Source of the DNA: Setoptus koraiensis | Taxonomy: Eukaryota; Animalia; Arthropoda | Assembly: GCA_048013815.1 (NCBI GenBank) | Contig: CM106585.1 | Coordinates: forward strand, 20,460,001 to 20,524,000 | Length of the DNA: 64,000 nt | Direction: 5' to 3' | Shown here: one piece after another, positions 50,394 to 64,000 of the stretch | Position numbering within the stretch: position 1 is the first letter of the stretch | How the letters are laid out: each line of letters starts with the position of its first letter | Made by a program: the position numbers and the translations under genes | Notes under the pieces: generated by a model | Database searches by the model: none | Seen by the model: the letters and a program-made list of their open reading frames with translations, nothing else | What the model was told of the DNA's origin: nothing

Positions 50394-51863
50394 ATGACAC
50401 AAACCAGTGTTTATGTGTTCAGCTCACAAACTGCTAATGAGGCTGCCAATGCTGTTCACGCTGGCCAATATGAATCCATTATACAGTATCATGTCAATAA
50501 ATATATGCAACATCAACAACAGCAGGGCCCCATGACACAACATCCACTACCTCCAACCCAACAACAACAAAAACAACAAAATCATTATGCTACTCAACCA
50601 CCACGGCCCAATTTATCACAGGGCCAACAACAAAGTCATCCGCAATTACTTGGACAGTCACCTCATTCTCAAATGCAAATTCAACCCAATGGCCCTCCTC
50701 CACCACAACCACCACTAATGCAACACCCTCCTCCTGTCAATTATCCACAGGGCCCACCACAAAATCAACCACCACATGGCCAATGGATCCTCAATCATCA
50801 TGGGGTCCCAATAGATCATCCACAATCACCTCACAATCAGCATATTAAATATGATAATCAACCAACTATGAACAATCAGTCTGTCAATAATCATGTTACT
50901 GGACCACCCTTACAACAAACGAGATCCTTACCACATAATTTTGATCAATCAGCCAATCTTCTACCACAAGTTAAAAAAGAAACAAAACTCAATAATAACG
51001 GACAACCCCCACCACAATTTCAACAGCAACAACCTCCAATCTCCTACCAAAATCAAAACATTCAACCAAGTCAATGGATGAATCACCCTGGCCCATTAGA
51101 GCATCCGCAATCACCTCATCAACAACATATGAACCAAATAAAATATGACCAACAACCAAATTTAAACAATCAAATTCCGCCAAATCATGTAGGACCTCAG
51201 ATTAGACCAAATCTGCAGCAATCTATTTTTGATCCTAATGCAGCACAACAGAAGAAAGATCAAAAGCTCAACAGTGTACCGCCCCCTCAACAGATGCAAC
51301 AACATCCCCCTCCTGTTCCTTACCAGAATGTACCTCAAAATTCTCAACAACAATGGATGAATCATCCTGGAGTTTTAGAGCATCCTCAATCCCCTCATCC
51401 TCCAACTATGAATCACATCAAATATGAACCTAGCATGAACCAGATGCCACCAAGTCATATAGTACCTCCTCCTACTAGACCAAATTTACAACAGTCTCAG
51501 CAGAATTTCGAATCTAACCTCACACCTCAACAAAAGAAGGAACGCGATTCAAAACTAACTAAATTAGGTCATTTAGCTAATGTAATTTCGATGAATTCAT
51601 CCGCTCAATGTGGTCCCATACAAACAAATATGACTCAGCATCAGATGTCACAACCTCCTCAGCACCAGTTACAAACGCAACATCAAATTATGACTCAGCC
51701 TCAACATATGCAACAAGCACCAACGCAACCACCCCTTAGTATGAAGCAAGACCACCAAGGGTTGGATCCACTATCATCAATGGCTGCAATGAGCGAATCC
51801 CCCAATATGTACGGACATACTATTCACCACCATCCTCATAGGCAACAGCATCCTACTAATTGA
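50394..51863 (+). CDS. lgs: BCL9/legless homolog (Wnt/beta-catenin co-activator), 489 aa, single coding exon
   Basis: HD1 VYVFSSQTANEAANAVHAGQYESIIQYH (aa 6-33); HD2-like LTPQQKKERDSKLTKLGHLANVI (aa 376-398); DPLSSMAAMS motif near the C-terminus; Q/P/H-rich. Confidence 0.8.
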   Translation: MTQTSVYVFSSQTANEAANAVHAGQYESIIQYHVNKYMQHQQQQGPMTQHPLPPTQQQQKQQNHYATQPPRPNLSQGQQQSHPQLLGQSPHSQMQIQPNGPPPPQPPLMQHPPPVNYPQGPPQNQPPHGQWILNHHGVPIDHPQSPHNQHIKYDNQPTMNNQSVNNHVTGPPLQQTRSLPHNFDQSANLLPQVKKETKLNNNGQPPPQFQQQQPPISYQNQNIQPSQWMNHPGPLEHPQSPHQQHMNQIKYDQQPNLNNQIPPNHVGPQIRPNLQQSIFDPNAAQQKKDQKLNSVPPPQQMQQHPPPVPYQNVPQNSQQQWMNHPGVLEHPQSPHPPTMNHIKYEPSMNQMPPSHIVPPPTRPNLQQSQQNFESNLTPQQKKERDSKLTKLGHLANVISMNSSAQCGPIQTNMTQHQMSQPPQHQLQTQHQIMTQPQHMQQAPTQPPLSMKQDHQGLDPLSSMAAMSESPNMYGHTIHHHPHRQQHPTN

Positions 51864-52134
51864 ATGAACCAATTTTGGATTGAGAGGAATAGCTTGCGAT
51901 TGCTATCGTTGTGCAAACAATGATTTATAATGTTAGTCACTCATCTGTAGACTTTATTGAAGTTACTTCGCGTATCCGTAACCGTTGTCATGGCTTTCAG
52001 GAAGCCCGTGACGGGACTCAGGATGTTATGTTGATCTCATTATAGCGGGTAATAATTACTTGAATTCTTGAATCACTTGAATGTTAGTCAGAGAATCATA
52101 AGCATCATCAGTATCTACCGACAATTTCCGAAGG

Positions 52135-52639
52135 ATGCCTTACCAGTCACAAACTTTGGACCATCCTAAACAAGGTTGGTGCACCAAAGAAAATTTTGGT
52201 GCTGTATCGATATGCGCTTTATCAATGATAGTTATTGGTATCCTCATGATGGTCGGAGGTGGAACACTCAGTTTTATCTATTATACTGAAATAACTCCAC
52301 CCAATTATGATGCCTACTACCAGCGCTATGTGGGTTCCAGTCTTCCGAGGATACTAGGTAAGCACTTTCCTAAAACTAAATGAAAGAAGGTTACTCAAAT
52401 AACTATACGAAATAACTATCATAAATGGTTTTCCTCAATTCCATTTTCAAATAGGTCCCTTGATATTGATTGCAGGATTGACTTTGTTTTGGGGAAGCGG
52501 CATCTTTCTAGTTTGGGCTTACCGCCAGAGCAAGAAAAATCAATCTAATACATTTCTATACAGCTCTCAACTGCACATGCCCTCAGCTAACTTTGAACCG
52601 ACTAATGTCAAGGATATCTACAACGGTCAAGTTGATTGA
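52135..52639 (+). CDS. Small two-TM hairpin membrane protein (135 aa), PIRT/TMEM100/TMEM174-like architecture
   Basis: Exons 52135-52357 (G|GTAAGC) and 52455-52639 (ATAG|) splice in phase. TM1 GAVSICALSMIVIGILMMVGGGTLSFIYY, short loop, TM2 RILGPLILIAGLTLFWGSGIFLVWAY. Confidence 0.75.
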
Positions 52640-52853
52640 AACTACGCAACATTCAAACGGATCTAGACGTGGAAAAAATGCCTTTTTCAGAAATTCGAAT
52701 TGGTCTAGTTTGCTGAAACCTGGCCACGTATGAATAGACCCCCAAGAATAGAACAACTCTCTTTCGAAGCTATGATTTGAACGAAGGGGGGCAAGACTTC
52801 CTAGATCTACCATGCCATACCAAACTATCACAGAATTAAAGAATTTATTACAA

Positions 52854-53888
52854 TTAATGACGATGTTGCATATTCTTTTTGAATTTTCCTAAATAATAGT
52901 CATCGCTTGCTCTGCCCTTAGATGGTCCCTTTTCATAAGGTATCGGTTGCCGAAATTGTATGGCTTGCGGTTCTTCGCCTACAACAACAATCGGCTCTTC
53001 GATTATTTTACACGGTGGATTGTTAGGGTCTATCCTAGGCCTTTTAGTCTGTTGTGCAGGATCATTTATTCTATATCGATTGTGCTGGCTGAAATTGCTG
53101 GCTATGTTTACAGGAACCGTAGATCTTCCTAATTGTCTCTTATAGTCTTTTTTGGATAAATTCTGTTTTGCTTCCTCTGTCGCCTCTATAGTACGGATTT
53201 TCTCTTCTAGCCCTAGATCAACCTCAGGTATTCCCGTTAACATTTGACTGGACAACATTTCCTCGCTTTTTTCATCTGATACAGAGGTCAATAAATGTTT
53301 TGGTAACGAATTCAAGAGGAGGTCATCAGTGAGGGCACTTATTTTTGTGTCTGAAGGTAATGTTGCTGTGCTTCTGGTAGGTTCTTCATAGCTATCTATA
53401 CATTGATTAAGCTTTTCTTTCTCCTTGAGGCTTTCCAACCTTTCCTTTTGAAGCTCATCTTCAATAAATTTCAGCATTTCAGCGTCCTCGTACCTTCTAT
53501 TTGTTTCGGCGGAGAAAGTATTATTCAATGCAAGCTCTTTTTCTAGTTGCTCGACATCCTTCAGACCCTGTTTTTCGGCTGCAGTCATATTTTTAATGGA
53601 TGTTGTCTGCATTTTACTATCGAGAGAGGAGGCATTAAGCTCGTTAATATTTCTGCCTCCAGAGGTGGGTTTCTTAAGTTTCTGTAGTTCGACCAATATC
53701 GGGAGTATCTTTGTTCCTTCATCTTCTCCATCTTTTTCTTCCTCACCTACTGAATCAGCAGCACTGCATATTGGTTGTCTAGCGGGTTTAGATCTTGTTT
53801 TGGGTTTGAATACGATTTTTGGACTTTCGGTCATGTTCCTGTCAGAATCCATTTCCATGTAATATTTAATGTTACAATGTTGAACCAT
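52854..53888 (-). CDS. C9orf78: Splicing factor C9orf78 / TLS1 (HCA59 family), single exon
   Basis: FSAETNRRYEDAEMLKFIEDEL, SEEMLSSQMLTGIPEVDLGLEEKIRTIEATEEAK, PVNIASNFSQHNRY, ASDDYYLGKFKK. The true start may be the second Met (MEMDSD). Confidence 0.92.
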   Translation of the reverse strand: MVQHCNIKYYMEMDSDRNMTESPKIVFKPKTRSKPARQPICSAADSVGEEEKDGEDEGTKILPILVELQKLKKPTSGGRNINELNASSLDSKMQTTSIKNMTAAEKQGLKDVEQLEKELALNNTFSAETNRRYEDAEMLKFIEDELQKERLESLKEKEKLNQCIDSYEEPTRSTATLPSDTKISALTDDLLLNSLPKHLLTSVSDEKSEEMLSSQMLTGIPEVDLGLEEKIRTIEATEEAKQNLSKKDYKRQLGRSTVPVNIASNFSQHNRYRINDPAQQTKRPRIDPNNPPCKIIEEPIVVVGEEPQAIQFRQPIPYEKGPSKGRASDDYYLGKFKKNMQHRH

Positions 53889-53966
53889 AAAATTAAAATT
53901 TGCCTCTGCAAGAGAATGTAAATCCGATTTATTATCTAACCAGATAAGAGATGTAGATTTCTTAGC

Positions 53967-53980
53967 CGATCAGCTGATCG
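53967..53980. promoter_or_regulatory. Perfect 14-bp palindrome CGATCAGCTGATCG (E-box core) upstream of C9orf78
   Basis: Seen directly about 80 bp upstream of the first ATG. Confidence 0.5.
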
Positions 53981-56016
53981 AAATTTGTTTTCCACTAGCA
54001 TTACATGTGAGAGGGCACCAAAATCTTGCCTGCGCTCTATCAGAGATGTATAGTTTCATTGAACCTTTTGCCTGTCACTGATCTTAGCGCCTAGAAAACA
54101 AAAGTAAGAACTACGAACGATATCGAGTCTATATCATGATATTAGGAATAAATTGAGAAAGTTCGAGAAGGTCTCAAATTAGAATCACAATCCCTGTCTG
54201 TTCATCGGGTGTCGCTAGAATTTGCCAAAATAGAGCTGCATCTCAACAAGCCAGTTGGACTTTGTTGCGATTTCGTTGTCGTCGTTGCAAAACTAATTTG
54301 ATTTAGAAAATCAAGGGGTGCGATGGTGCTGGTCCAATCAATACACCAGACAATAGCTTACAGGAATCACGGCAACGAAATCATCTCTACACAATGATTG
54401 CGATAATATATGAAAATCTCGTATGTTTAGGTATGAGTACAACCCTCATTGCAGTTACTTCTTATTCACTCTTTAGAAGGCTATATAGGGATGATCAACC
54501 TGAGAGGAATCGTCATTGTTTGGTCTAAAAACCGGTTCGATATAGATACACGTTGACAGGATAGGTCATAAAGACTAGTGCCTGTTACGAGTGTGTGAAT
54601 GTCTCTTCGATAAATGAAATCTGTCTGATTAGGTGTACAAGAGGTGTTTGATTCTAACACACTAGCTTGTGTTTTTCCTGGCTAGCTCAACTTGATGAAA
54701 TCACGGATGCACTAACCATGAGCACAAAAGTGCAGCGAACCCGCTCACTGAGCTCAAGTGTATTTCATCATTCGACGAAATCAAGTTGATCTCTATGAAT
54801 TTAATTCAGCTTTCAGGTATTGAAGCATCTCACCGACAGCTCTGAATCATCATAATGTCGCCTCGCGACTCGTGGGCTTTGAGCATTGTGCCGAGATTTT
54901 GTTTTTTTCCAGGGTGTAAGAAGCTACTGAAAGATGCGCTTTGTGCTGCACATTATCACAAAACGTGAAATTTTATGGGATGTGCCGTAAAGACTCAGGA
55001 TATTTTGCAGTGTTGTACGCTGCACAGTGTGCGCTAAATTGTTATAAAACTAAGGACAAATTTTGTGTCTAATCACAAATTGTGCTTTCACTGCTCATTT
55101 AGAGAAATGCAAGCTACTATGCGGCCTAGGCTTCACAGTGGAGCGCGAGTGATTTGTTGTTTGCACCCTGTATATACAGAGAGTACGAGACAAAATACAC
55201 TAACGCAGCGTAAACAACAAACAGATCGAGCATAGGGTGATGCAAACAAATTCGAATGATGCACTGATTAAGTTAAGTGCCTTCAACAGTGCATTCTCCC
55301 AAATGAATAGTGAATGCAACGTAGGCACGAATGGCGATAACGCACATTCTGCGTCGAACACACTCGAACGCAAGCAATCGGCACAAGCTCAGCTGTTTAG
55401 TGGTCCGTGCTGTAGTGCTGCACAATGTATTTTGCAGTATCCACATTTTATTGCGCCACCCTGTACAGAGAAAAAAATATAAAGGGAATAATCGCACTCT
55501 TGAACTGGGCTGAATGTTGTCCAGTGAGCAAACGAAATAAAAGTACAGGGTGTGCATTTGGATTGGTTGCCGACAGTGCACCGCCTTGCTCATGACATCG
55601 CCTGTGTATACAGAATGAATAGTGGATTGTTGTGGAGGGCGCAGATCGTACCTAGGCACATCTAATCAGTACAAACAGTATTAATTACTAGCACACACGC
55701 AACACACATAAAATCCTGAGCTCAAGCGCACAAACCCGTCTATTGAATGTTCTGTGCTCTTGTGCGGCACAGGCTACTCTAGCACCGGCCCAAAAGACGT
55801 TTTCCATGTAAAGTTTACACTCTGTATACTGGTGATGGCAAACACACACACACACCATCGCACAAGCACACACACATAGAGCCGAAACGACGACGACGAC
55901 GGCGGCGGCGGCGATGACGGTGACGATGATGAGAGCAAACCAGCAGCTATAGAGCATTGGGGGAATAAGCGATTCATATGTGCTGTACAATACACATTCA
56001 TTGCAACGCACACACT

Positions 56017-56020
<4 letters not shown>

Positions 56021-56056
<36 letters not shown>
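56021..56056. repeat. (CA)n microsatellite upstream of VCP
   Basis: Uninterrupted CA run. Confidence 0.9.
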
Positions 56057-56059
<3 letters not shown>

Positions 56060-56226
56060 ACCAATTCATATATCATCTTGTGAGATAGCTATCATCATTT
56101 TCTCTAGTTACATCTACCATTCTACATCTCTATCACTATTAATAATTAAAAATATTATCATCATCATTAACGGAGCACCAAATTTAACATTCATCAAGAC
56201 ACCTCTCGAATAATATATATAACACA

Positions 56227-58952
<2,726 letters not shown>

Positions 58953-59048
58953 GATTTATTTAAGTCTTGATATTGTCTGTCTCTTGCAAGCAAGTTCACG
59001 AAGTAGTTGGAGAGATGTAACATCTTGAGCTCAAAGAAACTAAATTCA

Positions 59049-59054
59049 AATAAA
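59049..59054 (+). terminator. Polyadenylation signal AATAAA of VCP
   Basis: AATAAA cluster about 100 nt after the stop codon. Confidence 0.6.
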
Positions 59055-60257
59055 TAATAATAAATACATAAAGTATCCTTTACTTATTTACAATTACTGT
59101 GATTGCTACAGATTTTCATTTAATGTGTCAGTTCGACATCACCACTGGTTTGCAGTGAAGTTCGAAAGGTGTCGCTTCCATAGATTCTGTCTCGCAACTG
59201 CAATGTTATTGAGAAAAGCAGGTTGAACTTTTAACATACCGCCCACCAAAGTTTGTCTAAAGTTTACCTGTGCTTTTGTTTGAGCATGGGTTGAATCGAA
59301 ATGGATATTGATTGATACCTTTTTACTTCACAAATCACTTCTTCTTCGATGATACACCGACACACACAATCTGGAAATATCCCTCCGAGAATTCTGTTAA
59401 ATCATGTTATACTCTATTCGACTGACTTCGTAATCAGTCATGTGATGTGAATTTCAAGAATTAAATCAAAAATTTAAAGTTGCCTTCATCTCGGAACAAA
59501 TAAAAATGCATCGTGTTAAATGACTGAAAATAACATCGAATTAATTCAAATTTTTTTCGTAGGATCACCTGAGTTCCCATCATGGGTAAGTAAATAGAAA
59601 ACCACCTGTAAGCATTTCCGATTACATCATAAGCAGCATTGAATGCAATTTTCTACCTTCTTAGCGCAATTGCATTAGTGTTGATATCGCTCTGAAGTAG
59701 GAATTTATTAGATTCAATGATTGCACATAAAACCGTTGGAGAAATTGATTTTATGCTCAGCTCTATCTATAAGATTATATCAGATGTCTAGCAGAACGCA
59801 CGAAAGAAGTTGTTTGATTAATAATCTACCTCATGAATCAAGTACGAAGATTAAGACAGTTACGTAATGTTTGTGTCCAAGTTGAGACCGACATGATGTG
59901 ATCAAACGATATGCATTTGTCACTTTCTTATGACACTATTATAGTCCTAGTTGCGGCGATATAACGTTGGTCTAAGATTTACTTATGCCTGTACCCTCAA
60001 TCGCAGTTGAATATAGCAGAATAGAATATTAATATTATCTCATGAGTTGTATGACGTATATGATAGATAAGAGAGTTGATAGGTATTTACAACTTTTTTG
60101 ATATAACTTCATTCTTTTGATTTGCACGGAACGCCATATTGCCTCTCGCAAAAAGCACCCTGTTGGTGTCAATTCATTTTTGATATATCTTTAGTTTGTA
60201 GAAAAACTGCAGTGTTGAAAAAGTCTAGCTTTCGCATAAGTGCATCGATTGGATTTG

Positions 60258-60648
60258 CTAGTATCTCCCGTGATCAGACTTTTGTTCCAGTTGTCCGTCG
60301 CCGGACCAGATAGTAAAGATGATGTTTAGGATTGCTGCTAGATTTCTATTCGATTGCATTCGCCGTCTAGCATTCGAACAAAGCAGGTATGACATTTCGA
60401 CATTATGGCGACTGCATGCATAGAAAAAGAAAAAAGACAGTTCCGTAGATAGAATCATTTCGCCGATAATGTTGGCACAATATAAATTGCGTCATTCCCG
60501 TTACAAATGTAATTTATTCTTTCCTCAACCAATTTCGCAATCATATATGCTTGTTCCTTACTTAGGACATGCATCTAACTCACTGATTTTGCAACAGAAT
60601 CATTAGAAGAACCGAATAGATTGCGTAACTTCCAGTTGCTGTTGGCAT
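60258..60648 (-). other. Candidate small spliced secreted-protein gene or decayed pseudogene
   Basis: Signal-like exon 60648-60584 (MPTATGSYAIYSVLLMILLQN) ending at a CA|GTGAGT donor; strong polypyrimidine acceptor before 60411; upstream GTAAGT donor at 60824. Confidence 0.3.
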
Positions 60649-63103
60649 CTTATGCGTGCTCATGCAATTTAGATCATTTTACATTGAAGAAGGCATTCTC
60701 TTCTAGTCGATTCCTTCCAGAAATGCCATAATCAGATCTTAACATGTGACATTATAACGTACTGAAGGTTCAGCCCGGTTTGTGTGATATCGGCGGTTAG
60801 ATAATAAACAATGGAGAAACTTACATTGCTGTACAATGCGATCAAGTAAAAATCTCCTAAAGCGTATGAACAGAGTTCAACTGGATTATTTGTTAATCTA
60901 ATTAAAGTGAAGTAGGTGAAAGTCGTCCATCTCTCATAGTAACGGAATGTGTCATCAATTGATCATAAGATTAGTTGCTTGAAACCTATCATTGAGTATC
61001 AACTAATTGTTGTAATCATTAAATGACATTGAACTTGAAAAGCTTCATCATCACTTTCATAATCAGATTGAACAATAACAATAATAACAACAGCAACAAC
61101 AATATTGTTAGCAGAGAAAGTGACAGTTTTTAAGTAGCGATAACCTTTGTGCAGCAACTTGCCCTTTGATAGGTTGGTCGATGTCAGTTCTTATTGTTAT
61201 ATTTTGACAGTGCTTCACTATTATGCAACAACAGCAACTACAACAATTGATCCTACACATGACTCTTACAAGCTGTATCAAAGCTAACTATAGAGAAGAA
61301 TGAGAGAGGCGAAGAGATTTTACATAGCGCAACCATTCATTGAGAGATCTTGTTGGTTGTCATCAATTAAGAAGATATCTAATAGCATAATGAGTTTAGT
61401 GAGAGTTTCTGTCAGAAGTTATTGGCAGCAGGTAAAGGTATATCAAGTTCTAGGTCATTATAATTATCGACATAAGATAGAAAGAGAAGAGAATTTAAGA
61501 GAAAATAAGATGAGATAATATAAGAGAAAGTAGCAGCATAATGACCAACTAGACATATAGCTGATATAACATAACCACTATGATATTAGACACATGACAA
61601 TGATTATACTTGTCATCAGTTCAGGAATCACAAAAGAGTTTTTATTGTTCAAGATAAACATTGCTAGTGTCTTCAAGTGCAGGTGGTATTGGAAAGATAA
61701 TTCTGGGTTTGGCATCAGTCATTGATCATCCACAACAGCAACAGCTACAACTACAGTATAACCTCCAACGAATTCAACAACAACGAACCTTCTATCTATC
61801 ACTTGTTATTGAACATCCGTTACTTCTTTTTGTCTATCAACTTTTGCTTGTTACGTCTTTTATGTTGCTACGCCATCGATGATATCATTGGTCCAATCTG
61901 CTAGTTAAGCGAACACTCAAATAGGCGGTTGAGAACAATGACAATGTCATCCAGACGCCACTAGCTTAAATTGACGAGACTGATTTACATTTAAAAGTTG
62001 TCATATACGTACACTATATGTATGTTAGTAGACAGATCAGACCGACTGCAACGGCAATAGATTGAAAGAGTTTATCCAAGTTTTACATACAGAGAGCGAT
62101 CAATCACTCTCTATACCGTCAGTTACATACACTATCACTACACTTTCTTCCGGTTGAGAAATTATGTGTTTGACAATAGTGTGTTCTTGACTGAGTGAGT
62201 GAGTTTTCTAAACTGTGTAGCAGCACATACTCTGCATCAATTTTATTTTATTGAAACTTGTATTATCTCACACAGATACACACATTCAATCATGAATGAT
62301 GCAATTCATCGAATCGGATGTAACCTAAGCTGTCACCTCTTTAATAGATCACATGCAGCTATCGGGATAGATGTTTGACTTATGTTATTGACATTGGATG
62401 CTCGCTTGCTTGCTGTAATTGACTAGTCATGTCTGCCCCTACTACTTCTAGTAGTAAACAGTTGGGCAATCATTGTTGGTGTTGTCGTTGTTTAACTCGC
62501 GCACTATACTGTGTCTTGTTGACCAAAAAATTCCCTTCTACTATACCTCTACTACTGTATAATACATCCGATATCAGATCAATTACATAATAGGTACGTT
62601 ACTAGTCATATTATATACTTGAATATGTATCTTTATAAGTAAACAACAACGTACAATAGCCATTGGTTCTGTTAGGAAAATACATACACATTCCTTCACT
62701 AGATTTGTGTTTGAACTTGATCTTGTTTTTGTTCCATTTTTTACACACTACGATTATAATTATTATATCTTGAGCGCTTGTTGGTGTTCATTTAAAATCA
62801 AAATCATAACAGCGACAGCAGCGAATACATTCTGAGAACTCACGGTATTCATTTTCTATGACCACTGATCATTTCTAACGGGCCACACAGGTAGTAGAGC
62901 AGCAGAGATGGTTACATGTTTTAATGACTTATGCCTAAAATGTTTACAATAACTAACCTAGTGCAAGTAAAGTAGCGTACATTAGTACAAATCAATATAT
63001 CAGACTTTTTACCTGTAGATGCGTCTCGTCAATCTTATAGATAACACGTGAGTTGGTCTTATCTCTCTGCGTATTTTAAGTATAATGATAAATGTGTAAT
63101 TGC

Positions 63104-63107
<4 letters not shown>

Positions 63108-63139
<32 letters not shown>
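63108..63139. repeat. (TC)n microsatellite followed by (CTA/CCA)n trinucleotide runs
   Basis: Seen directly. Confidence 0.9.
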
Positions 63140-63141
<2 letters not shown>

Positions 63142-64000
63142 TACTACCGCTACCTCAATGACCACAACCACCACCATTACTACCACTACTACAACTTCTG
63201 CTACTACTACTACTATTGCTATTACTAATACTATTACTATTACTTTGTGTGACATGCAATGAATAATCTTACATAATGTCCACATATGTAGTTGCAGTGA
63301 CTCATTTAATTTTGTGGCGTGATGGGTCCTGAGTGCTATTCTAGCCACAAATTGCCATCACAATCTACTTCTGTAAACTTCCAAACTAATGTCGTGTGTG
63401 TCGTCGACCACCTCAGCGTAGATACACTTTCTGCTTGAATAACTTGATCGTATCGTAGCTAACAGTTAGGTTTGAAAGATGACTCACACAACTCAATAAC
63501 ATTTGTTTGATTATTTCATCTTATTCTGAGAGAAACGTTTTTGATGTATAAAGGTAAACTACTGAGAATTGCTGTTCTTTCTGTTCTGATCTTATTTGTC
63601 GAATTACTTCTGCATCATGATGAGTGTGATTCTCTCCATACAGACAAAGAGATTATTATTCTCCTGTTCTTTGTCACAATTGTCTCTGTCGTCTCTATTT
63701 TATCGCAATAATCGATTTGGCTTCAACACTCATCAAATGTATGCGCTACATAAAACAATTCCAACAATCCGTTATACATGATGTACGCCAATATGTTCGC
63801 TCAGCAATCAATTCGCACATATCGTCAGTTTATTTAACTGCCAAGATTTGCATAAAGTCTAGACACTGATATATAACTATATAGTCATAAATTTTGCAAT
63901 AAGAGCAACGACGCAATGTACGGTGGCAACCAAGAGCAGTCAAACTAGAACATAGAGGATGGGAATCGATCAACGAAGCTTGCATTCCTACCAGGACTAG

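Noticed and set aside
54680-54760. C/D-box snoRNA or tRNA-like element (TAGCTCAA, TGATGA...CTGA)
   Set aside because: No B-box or cloverleaf, a terminal stem of only about 3 bp, and no recognisable rRNA-antisense guide
55688-56076. Eclosion-hormone-like or other Cys-rich neuropeptide in ORFs near 55700-56050
   Set aside because: Cys spacing does not match, and most Cys/Val residues derive from (TG)n repeats

Overview
Eukaryotic (arthropod) genomic DNA with short GT-AG introns, many microsatellites and Asn/Gln/Ser-rich protein insertions. The style fits a compact acariform mite genome (possibly eriophyoid); this is inference, not a database result. Recognisable genes in order: a synaptotagmin-like tandem-C2 gene (bitesize/SYTL, 5' end outside the window), a small spliced secreted-protein gene missed by the ORF track (minus, 13280-13751), a 16-exon SLC4A11-type transporter, an orphan Cys-containing glycoprotein, an acid-lipase-family gene with an atypical nucleophile elbow, a hAT-type MITE, an M1 aminopeptidase, XPA, SNRNP40, a broken CYP302A1/disembodied-like P450 bracketed by a 404-bp near-perfect direct repeat, a short BCL9/legless with a triplicated HD1-HD2 spacer, a small 2-TM protein, C9orf78/TLS1 and VCP/p97 (TER94). 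Most notable observations: the disrupted Halloween P450 with its flanking repeat and a shared 9-mer at both frameshifts, the BCL9 repeat architecture, a stop-free 96-nt intron inside the VCP D2 Walker A loop, N-terminally reduced XPA, and several unannotated small spliced minus-strand loci. No CRISPR array, rRNA, tRNA or convincing prokaryote-like gene was seen. All exon coordinates were derived by hand and need RNA-seq confirmation.
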